Positions 1 to 12,001 of a stretch of 64,000 nucleotides of DNA are shown one piece after another. Position numbers and translations under genes: made by a program. The DNA lies in contig JAVRCJ020000017.1 in assembly GCA_034530875.2 (NCBI GenBank), forward strand, positions 96,001 to 160,000. Direction: 5' to 3'. Below the pieces are notes generated by a model, which was not told where the DNA came from, did not search any database, and was given only the letters and a program-made list of their open reading frames with translations. This DNA comes from Nostoc sp. DedSLP01. Lineage in GTDB: Bacteria; Cyanobacteriota; Cyanobacteriia; Cyanobacteriales; Nostocaceae. How positions within the stretch are numbered: the stretch's first letter is position 1; the number at the start of each line of letters is the position of its first letter.

Positions 1-3000
1 CATCAAAGGATTTAAATTCTTCAGAAAAACCTCTATTTGCAGCTTGAACGCAGGTGATACCGACGACGTTGGCATTATCTAAATATATACGCCTTAAATC
101 GTTGCTATCGCTTTCTGTTGGCTTTCTTAACTTTTCTATCCAATCTTGCACAAAATTTTGATATTTGCTGAGATAAGCCTCTTCTTTTTCGAGTTGTTGT
201 TGCCAAAATTCAAACTTCAGGCTTAAACTCTGTAAAAACTCTATATTCAACAAATTACCACTAGAGTTTTCTGCCTTAAATTTCTCAGGGATATTTTGCC
301 ATTCTGCCGACCACCACATTCGTTCTGCAATTAAAATTTCTGATGGCTGTGGTTGTAATTGTTGTTCAAATTCGCGGAGGCTAATTTGCAATTTTTGAAG
401 CTGCTGTAGAGAAGTTTCAGTTTCTTGTTTGAGTTTAGCTAAATGGTCGTTTAGAGAAGTTTTGATGACCTCCAGTACAGTAAAAGGTTCTAATAATGAA
501 ATTAAGTTTTCAAGCTGAGTGATACAATTTACCCAGGAATGTACTTGCTTAGTAAATTCTTGGGGTTGTTCCCAAATTTTTGATTGTGTTGTGAGATATT
601 GCTCGGCTAAAGTGCGTACTTGAGCAGGTATATTTGGTTTTTGGCTGAGTTCTTGCAAGATATTAATAACTTGTCCAAGTTGTAAATTAGCATCTTGCTG
701 GGCTTTTTCTAGTTGATATTGAGTAGCAGAAATTTCCTGTTGGCTGATTTCATTTTTTTGCAGTTCATTTAATTGTTGGCGTAGATGATGAAGTTGTTGT
801 TCTGCTTCAGTTTTGACTTTTAGAACGCATTGACGTGCATTTGCCAGGATAGTTTCTAGCAATTCTTGTGTAAGTCGGGTGAGAGTAGAATCGATATTAT
901 TCCATTCCCAGGATGCACCATAAGTTTTTTGGATTCTAATTAAGAAAAACTGGGTATTTTCAACCAGTAACTTTCGTTGCTTTGGATTGAGTAATTGATA
1001 GTTATTAAATTGTTGATAAGTCTCTTGCCATTGAGTGCGATCGCTTTGTGATAGCACCATTGGAATCTGACTAAAATTTTGTTGCAAAAAATAACTAAAA
1101 TTATGCTGTTTGCCTCGGCGATCGCTAAAATTTCCATCTATTTCATAAGCGATCGCTTTTGTCAATAAGTCCCAATCTGGCAGGTTAATTTTGTAACTTT
1201 TTGGTAATATTGGTAATTTTAATGTATTAGCAAACATCAATAAACCTAGTGGCAAGTCTACTAGATTATCTGTTAGTGGTAAACCCGATTGCTGACAATC
1301 TTTTAAAGTTTGGTAGAGATGAGAATGTGCTGTAGACTTCCATTCCTTAACTGCTGAGATAATATAATCAATTTCTCTTTGGCGGTTTTGCCATATCTGA
1401 ATTGTTTGCTGTAAATTTTGCTGCTTGGTCAAAAATTTTTGCTCATCTGCTTGTAACTGATTTAACAACTCAAAATTCTGTTTAACAGTCTGTGCTAATA
1501 CCCCAACTGCTGACATAGTTTCACTGGCATTTTGAGCATAATTTAAAGCAGTTTTAAATTCCAAAATTTCCTTTGCTACAGTTTCACGCAACCAAAGTGC
1601 TAAACCAAAAGCACCAAGCGCCGGACGCACAAAGCCAAGTTCATCAGTATATTTGATAGATTTACGAATATTTGCTAAAAATTCTTCTACTAAAGTATTG
1701 CCTTCTGCATAAGGCTTAATAAGAGGCATGAAATTTGTGATTTCTGGAGATTCCCAGTTAATATTAGCACCAGCTTTTAGTAAGTTATCTAAACCAGAAA
1801 CTAAATATTCAACCTCATTTTGCTGTGCTAATAAATCATTGAAAGATTTTTCTTTATTTTGAAAATCTGCCTCTATCTTTAATTTATTTTTCTGAAATTT
1901 GCTTTGTTGTTTATCGAATTCTTCTTCAGCTTGTAAATACGCTGCAAATCTTTCTGTTGATAAAAGTAATTTCCGAAATAATTGAATATTTTCAAGTCGT
2001 TGAGTGAGATTATTTTCGCAATCAGTTGCAGTATTTTCTAGCCATCTACCAATTACTTGGTCTTCTAAAAATGGCTGTCCTTCTTCACCAACTTTTTCAG
2101 CTTTTCCCTTGCGTACAGCCCGAATCGCTGGGTTGTGAACTAATCGACTCAAGGCATTGTCTACTGCTAAATTCGCTTGGGAAGCAATTAAAGTACGCCC
2201 ACCACGAAGGGCTATTTGATAGCAAATCTCAGCAATTACGGTAGTTTTGCCGGTACCTGGCGGCCCTTGAATCAAAACTAGATCCTTGGCAGCAAGTACT
2301 TTTTCTACTGCTGCTTTTTGACCGGGATTAGCAGCAGATAATAATAAATCCTGTGGTTGAAGTTCGACAATTGTTTTGATTGTTCTAGCTTGAGAAGCAT
2401 CGAATAAAAAATTACCCAAATATGGATTTTGGGTGTAACCATTATTCAAATCTTCCAAGGCTTTTTTCTTACGCTGAATTTGCTGAATATCTCCAACGGC
2501 TTCAAAACATAAAAACCCGGTAGCTGGTAACTTATAACGTTCTGTTGTTATATATTCAGCTAAGTCTCGTTCTAATCTGACACTGATAATGCAACGGTTG
2601 GGATCGACTTCTTCAACAGTCCCTAATTGGCGTCCACTCAGCCAATTTTTGCCGACAGGAGCAGTTTCAAAAAGTTTTAAATCTTCGTTTTTAGCTTGTC
2701 TTGCACGTTCCCAAAAGTTATCTAGTTCGAGTGAATTTTGATAAAAGCCATCAAGGGTTGCTGAAGTTATATCAACTTCAAAATTAATTCGCCTTTTGGA
2801 GTTATAGTTATGGCTGAGATAACGCACGCAAAATTGACGGGCTTTAGCGATTTTTTCCTCAATTTGTAAAAATGCTTTCCAAGCTTTCAACTGCTCTTCT
2901 GTAGGTACATACTCGCCACAAACTGGTGCGCCTGCTATGCGTTTCAATGTTGTCGGTGGAATATCGAGATGATGTTGATGATTAGGTAATAAACGCAAGC

Positions 3001-3586
3001 TACAAGCTACAGAATAGCTATCAGCATTACCACGCGATAATTGTAATAACTGAGCCGAAAGTATCTTTAAACCGTCGCGTCCATCTTTTTGTACGGCTGC
3101 GGTAAATCCTAATGTTTTTTTTAGCTTCTCAAGTCTTGTAGGTAATTTAAATTTATCGGAGTCTGTTGCTAGTGTTAAATCCCAAATTTCTTCTTTTGCC
3201 TCTTTTCCTGGGCCTTTACGACGTACATAAAATATACAAGGGCTTTTACCGACGCATTCAAACATTAACTCATTGGCACGTTCGCGTCGTTGCCGAAATT
3301 CAGGATATGATTCAAGGGCAGTTTCTCCTTCAAGGTTGCGGATTAATCTATCAATTGTTGAACCTACGAATGTATAACCCCAATCTTCAGATGCAGTTTT
3401 GATTTTTGAGGACTTTGCTGTTAGTTTATTTAACGCTGCACGAATGCGTTCTGCTTCAGATTCTGAGATTGAACTTGTATGACTTTTAACTGCAATGTTG
3501 AGTTTTTCGCAAATTGCTAATAGCTTCTTGCTATCCAAATTTAATTCTTTTGATAGTTCATAAATTCTTACTTTGACTTTGTTCAT
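1..3586 (-). CDS. Superfamily-1 (DNA2/NAM7/Upf1-like) helicase with N-terminal IF2_N-like domain; runs off the left edge (partial)
   Basis: Not in the ORF track (no stop in window). Manual translation from ATG 3586 gives [48 protein letters not shown]. Walker [14 protein letters not shown] (~2240-2280), motif Ia [12 protein letters not shown], and ANVVGITC...KSFD at the window edge are all in the same frame. Confidence 0.88.
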   Translation of the reverse strand, partial: MNKVKVRIYELSKELNLDSKKLLAICEKLNIAVKSHTSSISESEAERIRAALNKLTAKSSKIKTASEDWGYTFVGSTIDRLIRNLEGETALESYPEFRQRRERANELMFECVGKSPCIFYVRRKGPGKEAKEEIWDLTLATDSDKFKLPTRLEKLKKTLGFTAAVQKDGRDGLKILSAQLLQLSRGNADSYSVACSLRLLPNHQHHLDIPPTTLKRIAGAPVCGEYVPTEEQLKAWKAFLQIEEKIAKARQFCVRYLSHNYNSKRRINFEVDITSATLDGFYQNSLELDNFWERARQAKNEDLKLFETAPVGKNWLSGRQLGTVEEVDPNRCIISVRLERDLAEYITTERYKLPATGFLCFEAVGDIQQIQRKKKALEDLNNGYTQNPYLGNFLFDASQARTIKTIVELQPQDLLLSAANPGQKAAVEKVLAAKDLVLIQGPPGTGKTTVIAEICYQIALRGGRTLIASQANLAVDNALSRLVHNPAIRAVRKGKAEKVGEEGQPFLEDQVIGRWLENTATDCENNLTQRLENIQLFRKLLLSTERFAAYLQAEEEFDKQQSKFQKNKLKIEADFQNKEKSFNDLLAQQNEVEYLVSGLDNLLKAGANINWESPEITNFMPLIKPYAEGNTLVEEFLANIRKSIKYTDELGFVRPALGAFGLALWLRETVAKEILEFKTALNYAQNASETMSAVGVLAQTVKQNFELLNQLQADEQKFLTKQQNLQQTIQIWQNRQREIDYIISAVKEWKSTAHSHLYQTLKDCQQSGLPLTDNLVDLPLGLLMFANTLKLPILPKSYKINLPDWDLLTKAIAYEIDGNFSDRRGKQHNFSYFLQQNFSQIPMVLSQSDRTQWQETYQQFNNYQLLNPKQRKLLVENTQFFLIRIQKTYGASWEWNNIDSTLTRLTQELLETILANARQCVLKVKTEAEQQLHHLRQQLNELQKNEISQQEISATQYQLEKAQQDANLQLGQVINILQELSQKPNIPAQVRTLAEQYLTTQSKIWEQPQEFTKQVHSWVNCITQLENLISLLEPFTVLEVIKTSLNDHLAKLKQETETSLQQLQKLQISLREFEQQLQPQPSEILIAERMWWSAEWQNIPEKFKAENSSGNLLNIEFLQSLSLKFEFWQQQLEKEEAYLSKYQNFVQDWIEKLRKPTESDSNDLRRIYLDNANVVGITCVQAANRGFSEEFKSFD

Positions 3587-3741
3587 TCAATAGTGCCTTT
3601 CCTGAAAATGAATACAGATAATTTATCTCACGCAGAGACGCTCCAGGCGCAGAGAGAGATATGAGACTATACTCTTTAATTGTTAACTTAAATATTAATG
3701 TAAATATCAACTCTTACTTTTTGCGCCTCTGCGTGAAACAT

Positions 3742-4659
3742 TTAAAGTTTGTAGTGTTGATAAACTTGACTTGCGGCGCGATGCACTAAAGAGTGTCGCC
3801 AAACAAGAGATTTCATATCATCAGCATAACCGCCACCAATAACGCAAGCGACAGGATAGCCAGCACTCATACAAGTACTTAAAACCTGCATTTCTCGACG
3901 GAAAATGCCAGCATCTGTTAAGGCTAATTTTCCCAAGCGATCGCCTACATGAGGATCTACACCTGCATCATAAAATACTATATCTGGCTTGACTTGAGAT
4001 AATAAATCTGGTAAAGAACTCGCCAATGTTTGCAAATAAGCATCATCTTCCATCCCCATCGGTAAAGGAACATCTAAATCGCTGTTTTGTTTAGTACCTG
4101 GGAAATTGACTTCGCAGTGCATGGAGAAAGTAAAAACACTCTCATCATTTTGGAAGATAAAAGCGGTGCCGTCTCCTTGATGAACGTCCAAATCTACAAT
4201 GAGGATTTTTTGCACGAGTCCGAGTTTTTGTAAAACGCGACAAGCGATCGCTAAATCGTTGAAAATACAAAAACCAGATCCATAACTGGGAAAAGCATGA
4301 TGAGTTCCACCAGCCGTATTACAAGCTAAACCATGACTCAGCGCCAGCTTAGCAGTGAGTATTGTACCACCAACCGCTATACAGGTACGATTTGCCAAGG
4401 CTGGACTCCAAGGTAAACCAATACGACGCTGTGCTTTGGGTTCTAAGATGCCTTCACAATAAGCTTGAACGTAATTTGGCGTGTGGACTAACTCTATCAA
4501 CTCTCCGGGCGGGCGTTGCGGCGTATGAAATTGTTCTTGATTTGCTACACCGTCAGCTAATAGCAATTCGTAGAGTAGGCGGAATTTCGGCATCGGGAAG
4601 CGATGACCTTCAGGTAGTGGGGCTACGTAATTTGGGTGATAAATAATTGGCAAGTCCAT
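3742..4659 (-). CDS. Histone deacetylase family protein (HDAC11-like)
   Basis: HRFPM, GGTHHA, GFCIFND, DLDVHQGDG and GGGY motifs; likely start MDLPII at 4659. Confidence 0.93.
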   Translation of the reverse strand: MDLPIIYHPNYVAPLPEGHRFPMPKFRLLYELLLADGVANQEQFHTPQRPPGELIELVHTPNYVQAYCEGILEPKAQRRIGLPWSPALANRTCIAVGGTILTAKLALSHGLACNTAGGTHHAFPSYGSGFCIFNDLAIACRVLQKLGLVQKILIVDLDVHQGDGTAFIFQNDESVFTFSMHCEVNFPGTKQNSDLDVPLPMGMEDDAYLQTLASSLPDLLSQVKPDIVFYDAGVDPHVGDRLGKLALTDAGIFRREMQVLSTCMSAGYPVACVIGGGYADDMKSLVWRHSLVHRAASQVYQHYKL

Positions 4660-4990
4660 GTTATTTATTGTGAACCATAGTCTGCTGCTAAATACATCTA
4701 GAGATTGTCTGGTAATCAATCATCAGATTGTTTTTAGGTGACAAACTTCATGCAAAAGTGGTTCCAATGCAACCAAATAGCAATTACTCAGCACTTATGA
4801 AAATTGTCTGGCAACAGGATAACAGCAATCGAGAAAATCTCATTTACTTAGCTACCATCGGCCAATGGCGGGCAAATCTCAATCTCAAACAAATCATTTG
4901 CCAACACCAAATAATTTACCCAAACTGCGACTTTAAACAATTCGATTGTTAATTTTTTGTGTGTATACACATTTTTACTCAATTCCAAAA

Positions 4991-6049
4991 ATGGTTAACT
5001 TGAAAATTATTATGATGCAATGGATTCTGCCGATCGCTTTTATTTTAGCTGGTTTTTTAGCTGGTATAGTTGGCGAAAAACTTATATTCAAAAAACTTGA
5101 AAAATTCGTCACTAAAAGACGTATTGCTGGAGGGAATATTATATTTCATTCCTTGCATCGCATGACGTTTATTTGGTTTGTACTTGGCGGTTTTTTCTGG
5201 GCAGTTCTGAGTTCTCCATTAAGACCAGATATTGCCAACGTACTCCAAAAAATTCTCACCGTCGCATTTCTCTACTCAGTAACTTTAGTCTTGGCAAGAC
5301 TGACTGCTGGTTTTGTTAGATTATTGGTTCGCAGAACAGAAGGAGTTCCCACTTCGCTAGTTTCTAATGTTGCTAAAGCTGTTGTTTTAATTTTGGGAAC
5401 ATTAATTATATTACAAACTGCTGGCGTGCAAATTACGCCAATAGTTACAACTTTAGGAATTGGTGGTTTAGCAGTTGGTTTGGCGCTTCAAGACACACTA
5501 GCAAATTTATTTGCTGGTTTTTACTTAATTATTTCCAAGCAAGTCAGAACTGGAGACTACGTAAAATTAGATGCCGGACACGAAGGTTACGTTACAGACA
5601 TCACATGGCGCAATACGACAATTAAAGAAATTTCTAATAACGTTGTAATTGTACCAAATTCTAAATTAGCATCGGCAATTTTTACTAACTATCATTTACC
5701 TGCTAAGGAAATAAGTTTAACTATGAATGTTGGTGTCAGTTATGATAGCGATTTAGAAGAAGTTGAAAGAGTAACTGTAGAAGTTGCTAAAGAAGTTATG
5801 CAAGAAATTGCACCACAATTAATTGCTAATGAACCATATATCAGATTTCACACGTTTGGGGATTTTAGTATAGATTTTACGCTATATATGCGAGTCAGTG
5901 AATATTTTGACCAACGAATTGGCAAACATATATTTATTAAAAAATTACACAAACGCTATCAGGAAGCAGGGATTTCAATTCCCTTTCCTATCAAAGAAAT
6001 TTACGTGCAACATAATATGAATGGAAATTCGTCCTTAAATTCTGATTAA
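4991..6049 (+). CDS. mscS: Small-conductance mechanosensitive channel (MscS family)
   Basis: Several TM helices, GLAVGLALQDTLANLFAG, GDYV...IVPNS and GISIPFP; start 4991 or 5012. Confidence 0.92.
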   Translation: MVNLKIIMMQWILPIAFILAGFLAGIVGEKLIFKKLEKFVTKRRIAGGNIIFHSLHRMTFIWFVLGGFFWAVLSSPLRPDIANVLQKILTVAFLYSVTLVLARLTAGFVRLLVRRTEGVPTSLVSNVAKAVVLILGTLIILQTAGVQITPIVTTLGIGGLAVGLALQDTLANLFAGFYLIISKQVRTGDYVKLDAGHEGYVTDITWRNTTIKEISNNVVIVPNSKLASAIFTNYHLPAKEISLTMNVGVSYDSDLEEVERVTVEVAKEVMQEIAPQLIANEPYIRFHTFGDFSIDFTLYMRVSEYFDQRIGKHIFIKKLHKRYQEAGISIPFPIKEIYVQHNMNGNSSLNSD

Positions 6050-6210
6050 CTCTTGCAAATACATCAAAATTTTAATTCTTGAAAAATTACGTTAGTGAAT
6101 TCGACAGAAATCCAGAAGATGAGATTTTAAGTTTAAAAGTAACAATTAAGACGCCAACTCCTATTAGGAATTGGCGACGATTGCGTATTTATTTTTCTTG
6201 AGTCTGAGAC

Positions 6211-6990
6211 TTAAACTGATAATGCTCGCTTTTCTAATGGTATTTCAAAGCGATCGCCTGGTGTCGGTTCAATTACTCGCGTCGAAAGATTGTTTTTCTC
6301 TAATAGCGAACGAAATTCCGCAGCACTTCCTTTATCTTGAAGGAATTTCATGATTAACCCCTCGTACACTGCATTCCCTTCGATGGCTGTAGGCAGTATT
6401 ACTTGAGGTTGTAACCACTTTATTACTTCTAAAGCACTATTATTGCCTCTAATTATTGGCCCTATTAAAGGTAGCGTTAAGTCAGCAAACGGTGTAATCA
6501 CCACATCAACTGGTGCAATCTCCTGAAGTTGCGGAGAATGGTAACCGTGAGGCTCATAGTATAAACTTAACTGGCTCTCCAATTCCTTAATAAGATAACT
6601 ATTTTCCACCAGAGTCGGGCCAATGGGCGAACCAGGAAAAGCCTTGATTTCAATTTGATTATCTAAAGTGAAAGTTTCACCGTGAGCGAGGGTGGTTACT
6701 TTGGTGTAACCTAGTTCCTCTACTACCTTGGCTGCATTCGGAGAAGCTACAACCTTGATATCGCGGTCTAGCACTTTGAGCGTTGGTGTGTGAGTATGGT
6801 CTTCTAAACCCTGAGATAGCACAATTAAATCAATGTTCTCAGGTATGGGACGATCTTGCGATCGCCGCCCTTTAAATAGCCAATTCAAATTACTGAAAAT
6901 TAACGACCCAACTAGCCAAGGATCGATTAATATTCGTTTTCCGCCAATTTCCAGCAGCCAAGTATTAGCATCGAACCAAGTTAAGAACAT
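6211..6990 (-). CDS. Metallo-beta-lactamase-fold hydrolase
   Basis: ILIDPWL, SQGLEDHTH, YYEPHG. Confidence 0.85.
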   Translation of the reverse strand: MFLTWFDANTWLLEIGGKRILIDPWLVGSLIFSNLNWLFKGRRSQDRPIPENIDLIVLSQGLEDHTHTPTLKVLDRDIKVVASPNAAKVVEELGYTKVTTLAHGETFTLDNQIEIKAFPGSPIGPTLVENSYLIKELESQLSLYYEPHGYHSPQLQEIAPVDVVITPFADLTLPLIGPIIRGNNSALEVIKWLQPQVILPTAIEGNAVYEGLIMKFLQDKGSAAEFRSLLEKNNLSTRVIEPTPGDRFEIPLEKRALSV

Positions 6991-7163
6991 AAAATTTTGT
7001 AAAGATAACGCCTATCTTCATTATCAATCGTGGTAGCCTCCTTCGTGCCACTTTCCAGTGCGTTGCAGAACATTAGAATTTCTTCGTTTGCGCCTCAGGA
7101 AGCTGGAACGCTTAAAGCGAATGCCCGATCGAAATCTGCTTTATTTACCTAAAAATAGCTGTA

Positions 7164-7598
7164 ATGTCCGATCTTGGTTTCACTCACATTGCACTTGCAG
7201 TTAGTAATGTCAATGCAAGTATCGCATTTTATATCAAATACGCCCAAATGACCGTCATACACCGTCGCATCGATAAAGCGATTCAGTCAGATGTTGCTTG
7301 GATTAGCGACCTTACTAGACCTTTTGTAATTGTCCTAATCCAAACAGCTAAAGTAGAAGGCGTACTTTCACCACACTCCCATCTAGGAGTAGCTTATCAG
7401 AACCGGGAAGACATCGATCGCCTGTGCGATGAGGCACGCACAGAGGGAGTATTGTTGAGTGGGCCTAATGACTTTGGCCCCCCAGTTGGTTACTGGGCTT
7501 ATCTTCGAGACCCAGATGGCCATACACTGGAAATTTCTTACAGTCAGGTAGTTCAATTTACAGTGGAAGACGCGATTAATCGCGTCTCTACAAATTAA
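7164..7598 (+). CDS. VOC/glyoxalase family protein
   Basis: THIALAV...FY, HLGV, YLRDPDGHTLEI. Confidence 0.88.
   Translation: MSDLGFTHIALAVSNVNASIAFYIKYAQMTVIHRRIDKAIQSDVAWISDLTRPFVIVLIQTAKVEGVLSPHSHLGVAYQNREDIDRLCDEARTEGVLLSGPNDFGPPVGYWAYLRDPDGHTLEISYSQVVQFTVEDAINRVSTN
7568..7587. repeat. REP-like palindrome AGACGCGATTAATCGCGTCT (related copies at ~40898-40925 and ~50070-50095)
   Basis: Perfect palindrome; degenerate copies lie 3' of nadA and gshA. Confidence 0.7.
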
Positions 7599-7607
7599 TC
7601 AAATGTA

Positions 7608-9311
7608 TTATCTTTTACCAGGAGTACGTCCCTCTTCATCGTTACTACCGCCGTGGGGATGAGAATTTCCTGGGTCGCAGCCCTCAGCACCATTGCCAAT
7701 ACCTTGGTTGCAATGGCGACGTTCTGTATTGCGTTCTCTTAAACTTTCACTACGTTCCTCAACTGCAATATTCTGTTGTTGTCCTACAACGTATTCTGAG
7801 GAGATGTTTGCTAGCTCTCCAGTGCTATACAGTGCTTGATATAACAAAGCAGATACTTCAGCCCTAGTTGCTATCCTTTCAGCATTTAGTAAATTCACAT
7901 TGGGATAGTTAACCACTATATTGCGTTGTGTAAGTGCAGCGATGAGACTGCGATATTCGCCAGGAATATCAGTTGCATCGCTGTAAACAGATAAAATCGT
8001 ATCCGTGGAACTACTGCTTTGATAATTTAATCCCCGCGCTAAGGCTACTAAAATGTCAAGGCGAGAAAGGCTTTCATTGGGGTTGAAATCTTTACCAATC
8101 TCAGCGTTTAAAAAGCCCATTTGATAAACATCGCTAATGGCATTGTAAGCCCAGTGGTAATTTGAAACATCCTTAAAAGCGAGTGCTTGGCGAATTTTGC
8201 CCTTTTTAAAAGCTTTTTGCAGCATTGCCGCAAATTGGGCGCGAGTTACTGGTACTTCCGGACGGAAAGTTCCATCAGGAAAACCTTCAAGAATTTCCAT
8301 TGCTGCCAATTCGCTAATAAAATTTTTCGCCCAGTAGTCTGAGGAAATATCAGAAAATCCGGTTTGTAGGGTACGAGATACTCCAATTTGACGATAATTC
8401 ATTAGCAGTTGGCTGACATCGTAGCTAGAGTTATCGATGACTTCAGTTATCTGCACTAAACTTCCAGGAGTAGCTTGCAAAGCCTGTGCCAAGTCAGAAT
8501 TAAAGACGCTAAAGGAAGACTGGCGGACTAAAGCAAATTCCCCTTTAGTGAAAGACTCAGGATAAACACTAGTTGCTTTGAGTGTTGAGATACCTGCTAC
8601 TTGAAACTGATTCGCTTGGAAACTTTGAGAACCGCTGAGGAAATTAACTCTTTGCTTGCTAACTTGGGTGAAGTAGTCGTAAGTGGTGGTACTTGCATCA
8701 ATAGCACCGTCTTGGTCAGCATCGATACCATAAACAGTGCGAATGACTTGATATTCCCTTGGTTTAGGCGACAAAATCAGATTCACTGCGGTGTTTGCCG
8801 ATAAACATTCAAATTCACTGTAGCCAATAAAGCGCTTTTGCAGATCGTATAATCGCACAACAATGCGATCGCTAGCTTTTAACCCTTTAGTAAATTTTGC
8901 TTTTTGCTTAATCTTGTACTTGTAATCACCCAAAAACCGTTCTTTTAAATAGCCCTTGTTATATTTACTCTTAACAGAAACTCGGGCAATTACTTCTGGA
9001 AAATTACCAGATGCTTCCCAAATTGCCAGACTAAAACTTGTTTTTTGTCCTTTAGCTGCAACACCACTACTATTTACTTGAGTACGGCTTTCTGTGGTTA
9101 CAGTTTGTCTTTGGATGGTAGTACGACTTGTTTCTATTTCATTATCAGCCAGAATTTGTTGCTTGGTCGAACGATCGGGTCTTTGGGCGACGATGGTAGA
9201 AAACCCTGAAGTTGCGTAAGCAGAAACTATTGGCGAAAACATTGCCACAGAAGTTGCAGCAAGAACAAATTTGCTCAAATGACCAAAGTTACTTTGATTT
9301 CGGTATTTCAT
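7608..9311 (-). CDS. Secreted S-layer homology (SLH) domain protein
   Basis: Signal peptide; three SLH repeats (FSDISSDYWA...GFPDGTFRP...VTRAQFA; ATRAEVS). Confidence 0.88.
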   Translation of the reverse strand: MKYRNQSNFGHLSKFVLAATSVAMFSPIVSAYATSGFSTIVAQRPDRSTKQQILADNEIETSRTTIQRQTVTTESRTQVNSSGVAAKGQKTSFSLAIWEASGNFPEVIARVSVKSKYNKGYLKERFLGDYKYKIKQKAKFTKGLKASDRIVVRLYDLQKRFIGYSEFECLSANTAVNLILSPKPREYQVIRTVYGIDADQDGAIDASTTTYDYFTQVSKQRVNFLSGSQSFQANQFQVAGISTLKATSVYPESFTKGEFALVRQSSFSVFNSDLAQALQATPGSLVQITEVIDNSSYDVSQLLMNYRQIGVSRTLQTGFSDISSDYWAKNFISELAAMEILEGFPDGTFRPEVPVTRAQFAAMLQKAFKKGKIRQALAFKDVSNYHWAYNAISDVYQMGFLNAEIGKDFNPNESLSRLDILVALARGLNYQSSSSTDTILSVYSDATDIPGEYRSLIAALTQRNIVVNYPNVNLLNAERIATRAEVSALLYQALYSTGELANISSEYVVGQQQNIAVEERSESLRERNTERRHCNQGIGNGAEGCDPGNSHPHGGSNDEEGRTPGKR

Positions 9312-9630
9312 CTCACACTACCATTCGTCTAAAAAGTCAAGGGGGTATTAGGTATCCCTGATTTATTAATCCCTGGTAATAGATGAAACTAACATCTGAA
9401 TTTATTATTTAAAAATCTGCTTTGATTGGTTTAAGAGGTAATAAGCAACGCGAAAAAAGCTTTACAAAAATCAAAGTTAAGACTTTGATTTTATTTTTCA
9501 AAAAACTGTTTACAACTTAAAAAGACTGATTCACTATTGCCTAGCCGCTGCCTATCGCCCTTGTGCTAAGCTTCTCTGCGAGACGCTTCTCTACAAGAGG
9601 CTTAACGCACTCCACGTAAATAAGTTCAAA

Positions 9631-9752
9631 TATATAGGAATCCGGTTTGATTTGGAGAATTTATTTGTTTTAGACAGGGAATAGGGGGTAGGGCAGAAGC
9701 CTTGTCTGGATGTACTGATTTTTTCACGCAATCAAATGTGAGTCCTATATAT
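9631..9752. mobile_element. MITE-like element with imperfect terminal inverted repeats
   Basis: TATATAGGAATCCGGTTTGATT ... AATCAAATGTGAGTCCTATATA; intergenic, no ORF. Confidence 0.6.
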
Positions 9753-9842
9753 AAGTTTTAGAGTTGGAAATTCTATCTTTAGATGTCTGATATGACGCCA
9801 GAGGACATTACTATATGTAATAACGCTTTATGAATCTTCATA

Positions 9843-10736
9843 ATGACTGGAACTACACAACACCTACCAACAACTACTGCCTTAGAAAAATTCTTTTGGA
9901 CTTGGAAGGGCTATAAAATTCAATATACCGTCATGGGTACGGGACGCCCTTTAGTACTGGTTCATGGCTTTGGTGCTTCCATTGGACACTGGCGCAAAAA
10001 CATCCCAGTTTTAGCAAACGCTGGCTACCAAGTTTTTGCCTTGGATCTTTTGGGTTTTGGCGGTTCCGATAAAGCACCCATTGATTACAAGGTAGAAGTG
10101 TGGGTGGAACTGCTAAAAGATTTTTGCACCGCACATATCCAGCAACCAGCCATATTTATTGGTAACTCCATCGGCGCACTTTTGAGCTTGATAGTACTGG
10201 TAGAACATCCAGAAATTGCCGCTGGCGGTGTTTTAATTAACTCTGCGGGTGGGTTGAGTCATCGTCCCCACGAATTGAATCCGCCACTACGGATTGTAAT
10301 GGCAGCTTTTAATCGAGTAGTGCGATCGCCAATTACAGGCAAATTTGTTTACAATCGCATTCGCCAAAAAGCGCAGATTCGCCGGACTCTTTACCAAGTT
10401 TACCGCGATCGCCAAGCTGTCACTGATGAATTAGTCGATTTACTTTATACTCCCTCTTGCGAGCCAGGAGCGCAACAAGTTTTCGCCTCCATTCTCACAG
10501 CACCCCCCGGCCCGAGTCCAGAGGAACTATTGCCCAAAGTAGAACGTCCTTTATTGGTAATTTGGGGTGCTGACGATCCCTGGACGCCAATCACTGGGGC
10601 AAAGATTTACGAAAAGGCGCGTGAGAATGGCAAAGATATCAAAATAGTTCCCATTCCCAATGCCGGTCATTGCCCTCATGATGAAGTCCCAGATATTGTT
10701 AATGCTGAGATTGTCCATTGGTTAGGGCAAATTTAG
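9843..10736 (+). CDS. Alpha/beta fold hydrolase
   Basis: HGFG, DLLGFG, GNSIG nucleophile elbow, WGADD, GHCPHDE. Confidence 0.93.
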   Translation: MTGTTQHLPTTTALEKFFWTWKGYKIQYTVMGTGRPLVLVHGFGASIGHWRKNIPVLANAGYQVFALDLLGFGGSDKAPIDYKVEVWVELLKDFCTAHIQQPAIFIGNSIGALLSLIVLVEHPEIAAGGVLINSAGGLSHRPHELNPPLRIVMAAFNRVVRSPITGKFVYNRIRQKAQIRRTLYQVYRDRQAVTDELVDLLYTPSCEPGAQQVFASILTAPPGPSPEELLPKVERPLLVIWGADDPWTPITGAKIYEKARENGKDIKIVPIPNAGHCPHDEVPDIVNAEIVHWLGQI

Positions 10737-10889
10737 CAATTTCGCGCATAAACCAGCCAGTACCTTGCCAACTTTTCCACAGTGGAAGTAGCTGACATTA
10801 CCAAAACAAGGGTATGAGTTTGGGTTTATGCGCTATGGAACGAGTGAGGTAAAAATGCGAATAACAATCTGGGTGAGTCACTCTTAATT

Positions 10890-11975
10890 TTGAATTGCAC
10901 CTTGAAAAAATCAAACTCATATAGTGTGGATGTAATGGAGGTTGATGTGCGTAATGGAAAAGGGGTAATTCCCTTAAGTCACCATCCAGATTTTTCCCAA
11001 CAAGGTTATCAAATAATCGGCGAATTAGGACGCAACACAGAAGGAGGACGCGTTACTTACCTAGCTAATTCTCTCAACTTCAATCAACAAGTCGTAATTA
11101 AAGAGTTTTGTTTTGCTAGTGCCAGTACTGACTTATCGGATGTCAAAGCTTACGAGCGTGAAATGAAAATTTTGCAACAACTGAATCATTCGCGCATCCC
11201 TCGCTATATAGATTCATTTGAAATGCCCGGTTTCTTTTATCTGGTGCAGGAATATAAAAATGCTCCATCCTTAAGTTCAAAACGCAGCTTTCATCCAGAA
11301 CAAATTAAGCAAATTGCTCTATCAATTTTAGAAATTTTGGTTTATTTGCAAAAGCAAATTCCGCCGATTATTCATCGGGATATCAAACCAGAGAATATCT
11401 TGGTTGACGAGGAACTAAACGCTTACTTAGTTGATTTTGGTTTGGCTAGGATAGAAGGAGCAAAAATAGCTCTTAGCAGCTTTGTAAGTGGAACCCCAGG
11501 CTTCATGCCGCCAGAGGAACAGTTTGGCAAACCTCTCACAAAAGCTTCAGATTTATATAGTTTAGGAGCAACATTAATTTGCTTGCTTACTAATACCCGT
11601 TCTGTTGATATTGGTAAGTTAATTGACGATAAATTTCGCTTTCATTTCCAGAAATTAGTGCCTCAAATCAGTCCGCGTTTTGAGTTCTGGTTAATGAAAA
11701 TGGTAGAACGCGATCGCAAACGTCGCTATGCCAATGCAACAGTTGCATTAGAAGCACTCAAACCAATTAATGCTGTTGGTAGTGCCACTGGAATAGAAAA
11801 TTTAATCCAAAAAATTCAACCTCTAAAACGAGCTAGTTTATTGGGAATAGCAACTGCGATCGCACTAGCTACTTTAGGCATCAGTTTAATGAGTTGCCAA
11901 CCTGATAGTACAGTCAGGCAATTAATGGAAAGCAAAGAATGTCAAGATATTGATTTGAATGGAAGTTGTCAATAA
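10890..11975 (+). CDS. Serine/threonine protein kinase with C-terminal TM segment (possibly C-terminally truncated)
   Basis: VVIKE, HRDIKPEN, DFG, GTPGFMPPE, DLYSLG; start uncertain. Confidence 0.9.
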   Translation: MNCTLKKSNSYSVDVMEVDVRNGKGVIPLSHHPDFSQQGYQIIGELGRNTEGGRVTYLANSLNFNQQVVIKEFCFASASTDLSDVKAYEREMKILQQLNHSRIPRYIDSFEMPGFFYLVQEYKNAPSLSSKRSFHPEQIKQIALSILEILVYLQKQIPPIIHRDIKPENILVDEELNAYLVDFGLARIEGAKIALSSFVSGTPGFMPPEEQFGKPLTKASDLYSLGATLICLLTNTRSVDIGKLIDDKFRFHFQKLVPQISPRFEFWLMKMVERDRKRRYANATVALEALKPINAVGSATGIENLIQKIQPLKRASLLGIATAIALATLGISLMSCQPDSTVRQLMESKECQDIDLNGSCQ

Positions 11976-12001
11976 AAAACTGAAGACTAAGCTTATACAT
12001 C

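Noticed and set aside
940..3402. Short ORFs 940-1137, 2026-2244 and 3166-3402
   Set aside because: They lie within the long helicase reading frame (other frame or antisense).
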